Below, one piece after another: positions 36,971 through 47,696 of a DNA stretch of 64,000 bases (position 1 is its first letter; the number at the start of each line of letters is the position of its first letter). The position numbers and the translations under genes are program-made. This DNA is from an uncultured Candidatus Saccharibacteria bacterium (GTDB taxonomy: Bacteria > Patescibacteriota > Minisyncoccia > Phycocordibacterales > UBA9973): positions 526 to 64,525 of the forward strand of contig CAZYBS010000001.1 in assembly GCA_964645245.1 (NCBI GenBank), written 5' to 3'. The notes below the pieces were generated by a model. It was not told where the DNA came from. It did not search any database and worked only from the letters and a program-made list of their open reading frames with translations.

Positions 36971-38212
36971 TTAGATTTTTTCTTTTAGATAATTCTCTAA
37001 ATCAGTTATTTTTACTCGCTCTTGTTCCCCCGTGTCCCGGTCACGAACAGTCACGGTGTCATCAGTTAAAGTATCAAAGTCAACGACGATGCAAAACGGC
37101 GTGCCGATTTCGTCTTGTCGGCGGTAGCGTTTGCCGATGTTGCCATTGTCATCCCAAGCTACCCTGCCAAATTGCGCTTTTAGAGGAGTGTAAACTTTGG
37201 TATTGGCATACTCCACCAGCCCTGGTTTGTTTTTAAGCAGTGGCGAGACAGCACAAATAACTGGAGCAATATTTGGCTTTAATTTTAGATATTCTCTTAC
37301 TTCACCATCTTTTTTATCCTCGGCATAAGCGGACAATAATAGCGCCAAAACTGCGCGATCCACGCCAAAAGTCGGCTCTATTACATGAGGCACCATTTTC
37401 TCCCCTTCCTCTTCGTCAATGTATTCAAGCTTGTGATTGGTCAAATCAAAGTCTGCCCTATATGCCAAACCGAAAAGCTCTTTCCTGCCAAATGGATAAT
37501 CAAATTCAAAATCTACCGTTCTCTTTGAATAATGAGCACGGTCGGCGTCAGGCACTTCAAGCTCGTGCACTTTACCCATATCAAGACCGATTTCTTCCAT
37601 CCATTCAAGCATTTCACCTTTCCAGTATTCAAAATATTTCTCCCATTCAGTAGAACGAACAAAATATTCTATCTCCATTTGTTCAAATTCTCTTTGGCGA
37701 AAAAGAAAATCTCTGGGGGCTATTTCGTTTCGAAAAGCTTTGCCAATTTGTGCCAGACCGAAAGGGAGTTTAGGGTGAAAAGCATCCACGGTATTTTTAA
37801 AATTAACAAACATCCCCTGGGCTGTTTCTGGACGCAAGTAAGAAATACTAACTTCTTCTTTCTTTGCTCCAACCTCCGTTTTAAGCATAGTGTTGAACTG
37901 CTTGCCATCAAGTAAGTCTGCAAAATTAGCAACGTGGCCCGCTACTTCCCAGACTCTACTATTCATCAGTATCGCTGCATCAATGCCATACATATCACGC
38001 CTATTGTCTACAAATTTTTTCCACCAAGATTGCTTAATATTATTTTTAAAAGCTAAACCAAGATGTCCCCAATCATAAGTACCGGCAAATCCCCCGTAAA
38101 TTTCTGAACCTGGAAAAACAAATCCGCGCCTTTTGCACAGCGAAACTATTTTTTCCATTAGATTATTTTCTTCTGCATTATCTTTATTTTCTTTTTTATT
38201 TCTTTCTGACAT
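36971..38212 (-). CDS. glyQS: Glycine--tRNA ligase (homodimeric alpha2 type)
   Basis: LCKRRGF..SEIYGG, YLRPETAQG, GKAFRNEI.PR, REFEQME, PHVIEP, IGKRYRRQDEIGTP. Confidence 0.96.
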   Translation of the reverse strand: MSERNKKENKDNAEENNLMEKIVSLCKRRGFVFPGSEIYGGFAGTYDWGHLGLAFKNNIKQSWWKKFVDNRRDMYGIDAAILMNSRVWEVAGHVANFADLLDGKQFNTMLKTEVGAKKEEVSISYLRPETAQGMFVNFKNTVDAFHPKLPFGLAQIGKAFRNEIAPRDFLFRQREFEQMEIEYFVRSTEWEKYFEYWKGEMLEWMEEIGLDMGKVHELEVPDADRAHYSKRTVDFEFDYPFGRKELFGLAYRADFDLTNHKLEYIDEEEGEKMVPHVIEPTFGVDRAVLALLLSAYAEDKKDGEVREYLKLKPNIAPVICAVSPLLKNKPGLVEYANTKVYTPLKAQFGRVAWDDNGNIGKRYRRQDEIGTPFCIVVDFDTLTDDTVTVRDRDTGEQERVKITDLENYLKEKI

Positions 38213-38215
38213 ACG

Positions 38216-40165
38216 TTATTCCACCACCACGCCTCCAGCCGGAGGAAAAGAGGGATCATTATCCAATTCCGCGCGAAGCGATGTTTTACTGACTCTCACA
38301 TCCACCTTAGCAAAATCATCATGTCCAGTCAAAATTACGTCATTGATAAGAACTGGAATGGTGCCAATTTGAGAAAGCGAAGGAGTAAATGAGACTTGAA
38401 AAGAAACTGCGCGGCTTGTGTTAGTGATACCGGTGCCTTTGGGAATTCTGCCGATGTTCCAAACTAGTTCTTTAGTGGAAGGGTTATAAGTTAAATCTTC
38501 ATCGGCCGGTGAAATAGGACCGACAAAACGCATCCACGAGGGGATGGTGGAATGGATAATACCTTTCGAAATATTGTTAGCCGTATTGGAAAGAGACCAG
38601 ACTATTGTATAAGTTGTTTCTTTTTCAACCCTGGGAGGCACAGGGCCTTTGTTGGTGAAAGGTCCCGAATAATAAAGCGCCTTAGCCGCCAGCCCGACGT
38701 CGGAAATAATTCGAACTGTTGAAGACTCAAAATTATTTAAATCTTTATTTGCATAGCCTTCAACTAACTGTTTGCCGGAAATAGAAACTTCTATATTAAT
38801 AGAAGGGTTAGAAAGTAGTCCGTCTGCAGCAGAGAACAATGAAAGCGATGAAACAGAGAAGCTGACAGACCCGGAATCACCAGGGTTTACTTCCGCAAAT
38901 TCATTTTGAGAATTTCTGTCCCAAGTTATTAGATTTTTTGAAGAATCATAAAAACCTTGTTGCGCATTTATTGTTTTGCGATTGACTGCATTGCCGGAAA
39001 TCTCCGCTCGAATAATTAAATCATTTACCTTGGTATCTAAATTATTTGTCCATTGAATTTCGCCATTAATTGGAGTCTTTGTATCGGTGGCATATTCTCT
39101 CTGATATACGCCATTGATAAAAAGCTTCGCCTCAATGAAGGGCTTTTTTATTGTAACCGTATGCGAAAGAGAGTTAAAAACTACATCAATCACCGATTTG
39201 TCCGATGCGGATTGCAACCCGGTTGATATGTGAAAACTTTTTTCTTCTCCGTCAAAAACATCAAGCATTTTACCAAGTATAGAAATACCACGCTCGGAGC
39301 CAGGAGCCAGATCTCCTAAACTCCAAATACTGTTTCCCAGAGAAGAGGCTGGAACAGATGACGTAAATTGAAACCCCGCCGGATAATTAAGTTTCAGGAG
39401 TATTTTGGAGGCTGGTTTAGTAGCGTTTAATGTCATTTTTATATTAAGAGTGATATCTTGATTTGGACTTATTGTCAGAGGAGCATCAACGGAAAGATTT
39501 ATGGGCGTAGAACTGATGGTAACTTCATAAGGTTTTTCCTTCACAAAAATAGCATTAGATCCTTCCACCCGGTACTCCAGAGAAATTTTTATAGGACGCC
39601 TGCTTCCTTGCTCGCCAAAAAGCACTATTTTTAGATTTTCATTGCGTACTGCTCCAGCCGGGATTGTACCTAATGATAAACGATTTCTCTCCGTCCCAGC
39701 CGATAAGTCCGCTTCAGAACCTGAAGAACTCTTGGGGTATTCCAGGACCAGATCAACTAAGTCTAACGGAGAATTATTTCTATTGGTAATCCCGACAATC
39801 AGCGACAGTTCTTCTCCCCCGGCAGTGAAATTGTTTCCAAGGATGGAAATATCAATATTGTCATTAGAAACAGTATTGCCTCCGGCCCAGAACACATAAG
39901 AGGCATAGAAAAGGGTTAAAATAAAAAAAGCTAGCGAAAAGATAAAAAAATTCTTGAACATAGAGGTTTTCATAAAAAATTTCTCGCCGGAATGGGAAGA
40001 ATCAAGGTCAACTTTCTTTCCATTTTCCCAGGCGTCCGGTACATCTTTTCTATTTAAATGTGTAAAGCTATCTCGGTGTTCTATCTTTGTTTGATAATTC
40101 TTACTGAAAAGCTTGCCCTTGAGTTCCTCAATTCTGTTTAGTTTATTTCTATCATTTAGTGGCAT
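38216..40165 (-). CDS. Membrane-anchored multi-Ig-like-domain hypothetical protein
   Basis: Single TM near residue 75, repeated beta-sandwich segments, GPVPP.V..ETTYTI.W motif. Confidence 0.75.
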   Translation of the reverse strand: MPLNDRNKLNRIEELKGKLFSKNYQTKIEHRDSFTHLNRKDVPDAWENGKKVDLDSSHSGEKFFMKTSMFKNFFIFSLAFFILTLFYASYVFWAGGNTVSNDNIDISILGNNFTAGGEELSLIVGITNRNNSPLDLVDLVLEYPKSSSGSEADLSAGTERNRLSLGTIPAGAVRNENLKIVLFGEQGSRRPIKISLEYRVEGSNAIFVKEKPYEVTISSTPINLSVDAPLTISPNQDITLNIKMTLNATKPASKILLKLNYPAGFQFTSSVPASSLGNSIWSLGDLAPGSERGISILGKMLDVFDGEEKSFHISTGLQSASDKSVIDVVFNSLSHTVTIKKPFIEAKLFINGVYQREYATDTKTPINGEIQWTNNLDTKVNDLIIRAEISGNAVNRKTINAQQGFYDSSKNLITWDRNSQNEFAEVNPGDSGSVSFSVSSLSLFSAADGLLSNPSINIEVSISGKQLVEGYANKDLNNFESSTVRIISDVGLAAKALYYSGPFTNKGPVPPRVEKETTYTIVWSLSNTANNISKGIIHSTIPSWMRFVGPISPADEDLTYNPSTKELVWNIGRIPKGTGITNTSRAVSFQVSFTPSLSQIGTIPVLINDVILTGHDDFAKVDVRVSKTSLRAELDNDPSFPPAGGVVVE

Positions 40166-40183
40166 TATGTAATTGTATCATAT

Positions 40184-40765
40184 TTATAAGTGTGTTTCTC
40201 TAAGAGCCTTGTTGATTTCGGAAAGTATTTTTGTTCTATCTTTTGAAACTTCAAATATGACACTTTCTTCAAACGGGAACTTGATAAGAGCATCAATCTT
40301 CTCATTCCCGCCTATATAACCAAGGTTGTTAAGTATCCGCAAAACAATAACTGCCTCAATATTGCGCAAATCTTCTTTTGTTTCAATCTTTTCCAAAATA
40401 GATAAACCCTGGAGTAGGTCGACAAATAAAGCTTCATTTGGTTCAACACCGGCCAATAAGCGTTTTAGCAAATGTGCAATGTTTGCCAAAATTTGAAAGT
40501 TTTCAGGCTGTTTAGCGATTTGCTCTAACCCATTTGTCTTCGATGCATTCGTTACCCGCCAAAAGTCTTTGCCTTGGACAAGATCAATTTTAAGATAGGC
40601 AAAATCTTGCAACACAAAACGCAATTTTGAAGACATTTTACGTACCCCTTGGGCCGAGGCCGTTATCATTCCTAAATCGCGAGTAAAAATGGAATAATGT
40701 TTTCCTGCTTCCCCAAAATTCTTACTTCCCAATATTATTCCTTCGGTGTGATAAATGTGATGCAT
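40184..40765 (-). CDS. recO: DNA repair protein RecO (short form)
   Basis: TEGIIL...FGEA..IFTRDLG.I.A.AQGVRK..SKLR OB fold. Confidence 0.85.
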   Translation of the reverse strand: MHHIYHTEGIILGSKNFGEAGKHYSIFTRDLGMITASAQGVRKMSSKLRFVLQDFAYLKIDLVQGKDFWRVTNASKTNGLEQIAKQPENFQILANIAHLLKRLLAGVEPNEALFVDLLQGLSILEKIETKEDLRNIEAVIVLRILNNLGYIGGNEKIDALIKFPFEESVIFEVSKDRTKILSEINKALRETHL

Positions 40766-40775
40766 TAGAATCCTT

Positions 40776-43700
40776 TTATTGTATCACAAAATTTTTCAAC
40801 TGCTCAATTACAGGGGCCACGGTTTTATCATTTATATCTTCCGGCCTGATTTTGCATTTTGAGAAAATCTGCTTTTCCATTTGCCTGACGGCATTTTCAA
40901 AGGCAATACGTTCGGGTGTATTGCCACCACGATGCTCGTAACGTTTTCTTAAGTCTAAAAATCTCTGTTCCAGGCTCACTACTCCGAAGGGAATTACGCG
41001 ATCGTCGCAGTATTCTACAATCTTTTTTCCATAATCAATGCCCAAGGCATTGCCTGGTGCGCCTAAAAAACTAATAGCTTTGATTAATTCTAAAACCTCA
41101 TCTGAAACTTGAAGTTCCTGTGCAATTTTCAGGCTAGCTGAATATTCATCATTGCCATACTTATTTACATATCCATCCTTCACTTTCTGCCAATATGATA
41201 AACCCTCCGGTTTCAAAAATTCAGGAAAAGAATCTAATTTAAACTTGAGAATATTCCCCATATCGTGGAGCAAGCATGCAGTAATAATTTCTTCTTTGTT
41301 TAAAGATTCATTAAAATTATCGCAAATCAATGATGCCACAGCCGCCACGCGGAGCATATGCTCCTGCAGACTAGGAATGATTTTATATTTTTTATATATT
41401 GTTTCAATACTCATGGCCATCTTATCGCCCGGAGCAAGTCCCATTTTCTTTCTCGTGTCTTGAAGCTCTCGCATAAAATCTCGATATTCCCCTTCAGCCC
41501 TAAGCTCTGGAGTGATTGTTGTATCCAGCCATACTTCTTCTGAAATATTTTTATCCTCCAAAATTCTTCCGACATTCAACTCCTCCTTCATGATCTCCAA
41601 AAATTCACCGCCCAACTTCAAACTTTTAACTTTTAACTCGCCAAGCGGTTGGCGAACTTTTATTCCGGTTTTTTGTCTGGCTTCGAGGCCTAGAGTCACA
41701 ATCTGCCTGACTGTTTCCATATTTTTCAAAACCTTATTCTTCTCTCCACTAAAAATGTCAAGGATACCCTTTAGCATTTTTGGCCACTCGCACAAATGCA
41801 CGCTCTCCTTGTCATCCTCATTTCTTAATTTCAGCCAAATATCCTCCGCCGCAAATGGAGCGAAGGGCGCGAGCAGTTTCGCCAGGTTTTTTAACACAAA
41901 ATATAAAGTTTGCTTTGCTTCTTTATCACCCTCTTTTATCCGTTCACGCGAGCGGCGCAAATACCAAGTGGAAAGGTCTCCTATAAAATCCCGCATAGCG
42001 CGCACCGGTTCAAGCAATTTATAATTGTCCAGATTCTTCGTCGTCATTTCCGTCAGCTCATCTAATCTGGCTAAAATCCAAACATCAAGAACATGTTTTG
42101 ATTTTGGTTTATCTCGACTTGCCCCGTACCGAGCTTGCTCTGGTATGGGGTAAAGCTCATAAAAGGCGAGCACGTTATAGAGTAACCCAAAGACCTGCTG
42201 GTGAAGCAAGGCTACAGTTCTTTCGTCAAAATTTTTAGACTCGCCGGGCTGATTCACCGAGTACATCCATAAGCGAAGCGTGTCCACGCCATACTTCCCT
42301 ATCATAACCCAAGGGTCAACAACGTTCCCCAGAGACTTAGACATTTTTTTGCCGGCGACATCCAAAAGGTGTCCTAGACAGGTTACATTTTTATAAGCCT
42401 TGCCTCGGCCCATTAGCACTCCCACAGCATGCAAGGTATAAAACCACCCGCGAGTCTGATCAACCGCCTCGCAGATAAAATCTGCTGGATATAGAATTTT
42501 TTTGGGGTCAAAAGGATAATGGTCTTGCGCAAATGGCATCGCGCCGGAATCAAACCAAACATCCATGACTTCTTTGGTACGTATTAAATTACCGCCACAA
42601 GAGCAGACAAGTGTAACCTTATCAATATACGGCCGGTGCAAATCAAGCTCATAATTTTCATTGTGCGGTAAGGGAATAAAATCAAACTCTTTAACTTCAG
42701 CATTCTGTAGGTAAATTAGAGGATTATTCTTAATTGACAACCCGCTAAATAACAAACCCTTTAGCACAAAACTTAATGCTCGAGTAGCTCCGTCATGGCC
42801 AACGATAAGAATATTTTTGTCAGAATATTTCTTTTCTAAATCATAAATAAAATCACCAATTCGTTTAACCACTTGAACAAAATTTTCTCCGTCGGATAAA
42901 ATTTCAAAAGGATCATTCAAATAATCTACATCATAGTATTTCCTAAATAAAGTTCGGTCTTTGCCTTCAAAAAATGAACTGGTCTCCCATTCTTGAACTC
43001 GTTCATCATAAATAACTTTTTCTAACGGAAAACCAATTTGTTCACAAGTTATTTTAGCGGTCTGTTTTGCCCGATTAAGTGGTGAAGAAATAATGACGTC
43101 AATTTTTCTGGCCAATTTTTGAGCACTTTCTAATACTTGTCTTTCTCCATTTTTTGTCAAATTCGCTTTATGTTCAGAATCTTGATGATGGAAATTATTT
43201 ACATTATTGTCAGCCTCTCCATGCCGCATCACAAAATATTTATTGCCGGATTTTTCGGTTTTTTCTCTTAAGCCGGCAATGCTGCCTATAACCTCAACCT
43301 TCTTGCAGGATTCGCAAACCCACACCGGCAGGGGCGTGCCCCAATACCGCTCACGGGATATTGCCCAGTCTTTTATTTCGCGAAGCCACTCGCCAAAACG
43401 CCCGTCCCGAATATGCGACGGCTCCCAATTAATTTCCCTATTTTCTTTTATCATCTGCTCTTTTATTCCTGGATTTGACATTTTGATATACCAAGAATCG
43501 CGGGCATAATAGATAAGTGGGGTTTGGCAACGCCAGCAATGTGGATATGAGTGCTGATAATTTTCTTTACTGAAGAATAAATTTTTGTCCGCTAGATATT
43601 TTATAATATCCAAATCTAAAGTGGGCTTGCCCGGCTCGCCATCTTTACTGATGTCTTTTTCTTTTACAAGCCTTCCTTCCAAAAATCCCGTGCCTTTTAT

Positions 43701-44768
43701 AAATTTGCCTTCAAGGTTTACCAAGTGATGCTTGGGCAGTCCCAGCTTTGTTCCCAATACAAAATCATCCTGCCCGTACATTACAGCAGTGTGCACAATT
43801 CCCGTACCTTCTTCTGTATTCACAAAATCTGCCGCATATACTTTGTAAGCTTTTTCCAGCTTAGACTTTTCACTTTCAGATATTGTGTCGGCAAGACACG
43901 GGAAAAGCGGCTCGTATTCCAAGCCAATCAAATCTTTGCCTTTCACCTCCTCTAAAATTTCATAGCCTTCGGTCAGTATTGAAACTCTTTCTTTGGCTAA
44001 AATTAATATTTCATTTCTAACTTTTACTTTTATATAAATAATATCTTCTTCCACCGCCAGTGCCACATTGCCAGGAAGAGTCCACGGAGTAGTGGTCCAT
44101 GCCAAAATGTAAGTATTCTCTTGCCCTTTTACTTTAAATTTAACTGTTACAGACAGATCCTTGTCGTCTTCGTATCCTTGTGCGAGCTCGTGCGAGGAAA
44201 GTACTGTACCACACCTTGGACACCATGGCACAACTTTATAATCTTTGTAGAGTAAATCCTGCTCATTTATTTTTTTGACCACATTCCAAAGAGATTCAAT
44301 ATAATCATTGTGATATGTCACATATGGGTTCTCCTGGTCCAGCCAATACCCGATACGCTTGGTAAATTTATTCCATACATCCAGATATTCCCAAACGCTT
44401 TCCTTGCATTTTTGATTAAACTTGGCAATGCTATATTCTTCAATCGCTTTTTTAGAATTCAATCCCAGCTTCTGTTCTGTTTGAATTTCTACCGCCAATC
44501 CATGCGTATCCCACCCGCCCTTGCGACGAACGTGATAGCCACACATTGTCTTGTATCGAGGAATTGCATCCTTAAATGCTCGCGCTTCCAGGTGATGAAT
44601 CCCCGGCTCACCATTGGCGGTCGGTGGACCTTCATAGAAAATAAATTCTTTTTTGCCTTCCGTTTGCCCCAAAGATTTTTCAAAAATTTTATTTTTCTGC
44701 CAAAATTCCAAAACAGCTTCTTCGCGGAAAGCGGCGTCAGATTTTTCATTTGTTCCCTTTTCAGCCAT
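40776..44768 (-). CDS. ileS: Isoleucine--tRNA ligase (type 2) with internal histidine-phosphatase domain and C-terminal HD domain
   Basis: EGPPTANG.PGIHH, GWDTHGL, WTTTPWTLPGN, GTGIVH, DWAISRERYWGTP, DVWFDSG, DQTRGWFY, KMSKS; RHGE insert; EHMLRV..LLHDMG..D tail. Confidence 0.95.
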   Translation of the reverse strand: MAEKGTNEKSDAAFREEAVLEFWQKNKIFEKSLGQTEGKKEFIFYEGPPTANGEPGIHHLEARAFKDAIPRYKTMCGYHVRRKGGWDTHGLAVEIQTEQKLGLNSKKAIEEYSIAKFNQKCKESVWEYLDVWNKFTKRIGYWLDQENPYVTYHNDYIESLWNVVKKINEQDLLYKDYKVVPWCPRCGTVLSSHELAQGYEDDKDLSVTVKFKVKGQENTYILAWTTTPWTLPGNVALAVEEDIIYIKVKVRNEILILAKERVSILTEGYEILEEVKGKDLIGLEYEPLFPCLADTISESEKSKLEKAYKVYAADFVNTEEGTGIVHTAVMYGQDDFVLGTKLGLPKHHLVNLEGKFIKGTGFLEGRLVKEKDISKDGEPGKPTLDLDIIKYLADKNLFFSKENYQHSYPHCWRCQTPLIYYARDSWYIKMSNPGIKEQMIKENREINWEPSHIRDGRFGEWLREIKDWAISRERYWGTPLPVWVCESCKKVEVIGSIAGLREKTEKSGNKYFVMRHGEADNNVNNFHHQDSEHKANLTKNGERQVLESAQKLARKIDVIISSPLNRAKQTAKITCEQIGFPLEKVIYDERVQEWETSSFFEGKDRTLFRKYYDVDYLNDPFEILSDGENFVQVVKRIGDFIYDLEKKYSDKNILIVGHDGATRALSFVLKGLLFSGLSIKNNPLIYLQNAEVKEFDFIPLPHNENYELDLHRPYIDKVTLVCSCGGNLIRTKEVMDVWFDSGAMPFAQDHYPFDPKKILYPADFICEAVDQTRGWFYTLHAVGVLMGRGKAYKNVTCLGHLLDVAGKKMSKSLGNVVDPWVMIGKYGVDTLRLWMYSVNQPGESKNFDERTVALLHQQVFGLLYNVLAFYELYPIPEQARYGASRDKPKSKHVLDVWILARLDELTEMTTKNLDNYKLLEPVRAMRDFIGDLSTWYLRRSRERIKEGDKEAKQTLYFVLKNLAKLLAPFAPFAAEDIWLKLRNEDDKESVHLCEWPKMLKGILDIFSGEKNKVLKNMETVRQIVTLGLEARQKTGIKVRQPLGELKVKSLKLGGEFLEIMKEELNVGRILEDKNISEEVWLDTTITPELRAEGEYRDFMRELQDTRKKMGLAPGDKMAMSIETIYKKYKIIPSLQEHMLRVAAVASLICDNFNESLNKEEIITACLLHDMGNILKFKLDSFPEFLKPEGLSYWQKVKDGYVNKYGNDEYSASLKIAQELQVSDEVLELIKAISFLGAPGNALGIDYGKKIVEYCDDRVIPFGVVSLEQRFLDLRKRYEHRGGNTPERIAFENAVRQMEKQIFSKCKIRPEDINDKTVAPVIEQLKNFVIQ
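42118..42154. mobile_element. CTTG/TTTA-footed CCCC..GGGG hairpin (family F), in-frame in ileS
   Basis: cttgccccgtaccgagcttgctctggtatggggtaaa; peptide PIPEQARYGAS; related to 50191-50215 in sod. Confidence 0.7.
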
Positions 44769-44800
44769 GATTGACTGATTTTAGCATATTATCCTTGTTT

Positions 44801-46513
44801 TTACATCTTCTCCGGAGCCTTGATGCCGAGGAGATGGAGACCTTTTTTCATCACAGAGGCAAAAGCAAAGGTAAGGGCCACTCTGTAAGGCGAAGTCGGG
44901 TCATCTTTATTTACAATGACCGTATTGCCGTAAAAGCTGTTATAGGCGCGCGCAAGTTCTATCAGATAGTTCGCAATGTAATGCGGTTCGTATTCTCTAG
45001 CAGAGCGCAGTACAACTTCTGGAAATCTATATAATAATTTTTCCACTTCGAAAATCTCGGTTAACAAAATATCGGGGTCCGGCAAGATATTTTCTTTTTT
45101 TGCCTTTTCCAAAACGGAATTTGCCCGGGCATAGGAATATTGCAAGTACGGCCCGGAATCTCCTTCAAAGGAAATAGAACTTTTAGAATCATAGACGGTA
45201 TCTCCGCCAGTGGCTTGTTTCAGAATAGAATATTTAAGAGCTGCAATGGAGATTTGTTCCGCAATTTTTTCATTTTCAATTTCCGTGAAATTTCCATCTT
45301 GCATTTTTTCACGGACAAGTGTTTTTGTATCACGAATTAATGTTTCACCGGTTATCACATTCCCTTTACGCGAACTCATTTTCCCAAAGGTAAAGCGCAT
45401 TACGCCATGAGTTATATGCAACATTTTGTTTTCATAATCTGGATGGATGAGAGAGATGGCCTTGGCAACCACTTTCATATAATCTGCTTGTTCATTGGCA
45501 GTAATTACAATAGATAAGCTCATATTGGGCACGGTTTTAAATTTCTCCACAGTCAAACCTAACTCTTTGGTCTCATAAGTGGGAAGACCCTGGGAAGTGA
45601 TAAAAACTCTGGTGTGAAGTTTTTCATCATATTCCCCACCCTCAAAGATAACTGCTCCATCGCTTTTGTGAAACACTTTGCCTAAATTATCCTTCACAAT
45701 CTGTTCACCAATCAATATCATCTCGCTCTCCAAAAAGTAAAAGTCAAACTGCGTGCCAAGCATATCGTATATGTCCTCAAAAGCTTTCATCGTTTCTTCT
45801 AAACCCCAGTCATATATTTGATTTATTTTTTCATCACTCCTATCATAAATTTTTTTATTTATTTCATCTATTTCTTTTTTCGCCTTAGGGTCATTTTCGT
45901 AAGCATTGGCGCCCAGAGCGTAAGCTTTGCCAATATTGGCGGCATGTATCGTATGATTTCCCGTTTTATCTTGCAATTTTTTATCTTTTTGAAGACCCCA
46001 TATCGCTCTAGCCACATGTAAGCCCACATCACCCTGATAATTTGCCCGGGATACAATAGCGCCGGAATGCTCAAGAATTCTAGCAATTGATTCACCGATT
46101 GCATTCGTTTTTAAGTGGCCAATATGGAAAGGCTTGAAAGGATTCGGGTCGGTATACTCAATCATTATTTTCTTGCCGGACAAAACAGCATTCGCCCCGA
46201 CATTTTCTCCTTTATTTAAAATTTCTTCAATACTCCCTGCAAAGAATTTACGGGACAAAAAGAAATTAATAAACCCTACAGAGGCTTCTATTTTCTCTAT
46301 GTATTTATCAGTATTTAATCTCAACATTTCCGCAACAATCTTATCCGCAAGCTCTTTCGGATTGGTTTTTGATGCCTTCGCGCAAACCATCGCAATATTC
46401 GTAGAATAATCTCCCATCTCTAAAATGCTCGGGTGTTCCAGGGAAATTTCTGTAACTGCTATATCCAGGTTTTCTAACGCATCTCGTATTAAATTTTTAA
46501 TTTTTTCCTGCAT
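44801..46513 (-). CDS. argS: Arginine--tRNA ligase
   Basis: GDYSTN.A, EYTDPNPFKPFHIGH, KMSSRKGN, FEGDSGPYLQY. Confidence 0.97.
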   Translation of the reverse strand: MQEKIKNLIRDALENLDIAVTEISLEHPSILEMGDYSTNIAMVCAKASKTNPKELADKIVAEMLRLNTDKYIEKIEASVGFINFFLSRKFFAGSIEEILNKGENVGANAVLSGKKIMIEYTDPNPFKPFHIGHLKTNAIGESIARILEHSGAIVSRANYQGDVGLHVARAIWGLQKDKKLQDKTGNHTIHAANIGKAYALGANAYENDPKAKKEIDEINKKIYDRSDEKINQIYDWGLEETMKAFEDIYDMLGTQFDFYFLESEMILIGEQIVKDNLGKVFHKSDGAVIFEGGEYDEKLHTRVFITSQGLPTYETKELGLTVEKFKTVPNMSLSIVITANEQADYMKVVAKAISLIHPDYENKMLHITHGVMRFTFGKMSSRKGNVITGETLIRDTKTLVREKMQDGNFTEIENEKIAEQISIAALKYSILKQATGGDTVYDSKSSISFEGDSGPYLQYSYARANSVLEKAKKENILPDPDILLTEIFEVEKLLYRFPEVVLRSAREYEPHYIANYLIELARAYNSFYGNTVIVNKDDPTSPYRVALTFAFASVMKKGLHLLGIKAPEKM

Positions 46514-46524
46514 AGTGTAAAAAG

Positions 46525-46947
46525 TTATTTCTTGCCAGTACTCCCAAACCCGCCTTCGCCCCGGGCAGATTCACTCAATTTATCAGTTTCTTCTAATTCT
46601 CCAACAACCACAGGCATAATTACAAGTTGAGAAACTTTATCACCCTCTTCAAAAGTGTACGACTTATCGGACAAATTCACTAAATGGGTATTATATTCAC
46701 CGCGGAAACCGGCATCAAAAACTCCGCCCATTGTATGCAATCCCGCTTTGGAAATGCTTCCTTTATCCATAACAATAGCCCCATACCCTTCCGGAAATTC
46801 AAGAGCAAACCCATGCCAAAAACGATGATGCCCCATAGGAAGAATCGTCACCGTCTCCATCGCATACATATCCATACCCACATCACCCGGATGATGATAT
46901 TTGGGCAATTTCGCACCCTCCTTAAGTTTTTTAACCTTTATTTTCAT
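46525..46947 (-). CDS. dut: dUTP diphosphatase
   Basis: GDVGMD, GVFDAGFRGE, GDKVSQL, RGEGGFGSTG. Confidence 0.95.
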   Translation of the reverse strand: MKIKVKKLKEGAKLPKYHHPGDVGMDMYAMETVTILPMGHHRFWHGFALEFPEGYGAIVMDKGSISKAGLHTMGGVFDAGFRGEYNTHLVNLSDKSYTFEEGDKVSQLVIMPVVVGELEETDKLSESARGEGGFGSTGKK

Positions 46948-46948
46948 A

Positions 46949-47653
46949 TTATTCTATAATCTTTTTAATCTTTCCATAAATTTTCTGATGGATATTTTTT
47001 CTGGTATCTATTCTATCACCAGAGGTGCATTCTATTTTCATCCAATTCTTTTGCGTCTTTGCCAGCCAAAGCGCGCTTTTGCGGGAATTTTCTAAAAATT
47101 TGACATCCTTCTCATGAACGTCGGTTTTTTTTGCTTTTTTCTTGCCTAAATAACTCCTATTGCTATTTTTATTTCGAGCACGAATCAATTTCAGCACAAT
47201 TGGGATCGGCACATTCAGATAAAACACTACATCCGGCTTTGGAATCTTGAAAACTTCATATTCCATTTCCGCCAGCCATTTAAGAAAACTCTTTCTTTTC
47301 TTTAAATTCGCGATTTTCCCGCCTTGATGAATCTGGTTGGCGCTGGCATATCTATTGGCTATGATAATATTTCCCTCTTTCAGCCATTTTTGGATTTTAC
47401 TTCTTGATTCAAAACGGTCTGCAGCGTAAAGGACAGAAACGATCTTCGGATGCACTTTCACAAAATTATAATACTGCTCGGAAAGGCAGTGCCCGATAAA
47501 TTTGCCGAAAAAATTTGAATAATAATCCGGGAAATCAACCACTTTTACCTTGTGGCCGTCTTCTTTCAAGTGCTTAATTAAAAGCTTTGTCTGCGTCGCC
47601 TTCCCGCTCCCATCCGTGCCGTCTATTACAATGAGTTTGCCCTTTTTTGCCAT
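46949..47653 (-). CDS. tmk: Thymidylate kinase
   Basis: IVIDGTDGSGKATQ, LYAADR, NRY..N..HQG, KPD.VFYL. Confidence 0.92.
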   Translation of the reverse strand: MAKKGKLIVIDGTDGSGKATQTKLLIKHLKEDGHKVKVVDFPDYYSNFFGKFIGHCLSEQYYNFVKVHPKIVSVLYAADRFESRSKIQKWLKEGNIIIANRYASANQIHQGGKIANLKKRKSFLKWLAEMEYEVFKIPKPDVVFYLNVPIPIVLKLIRARNKNSNRSYLGKKKAKKTDVHEKDVKFLENSRKSALWLAKTQKNWMKIECTSGDRIDTRKNIHQKIYGKIKKIIE

Positions 47654-47696
47654 CTAGAAAATATAGCAGAAAAAGGCTTAAATTGAAAATTATTTT

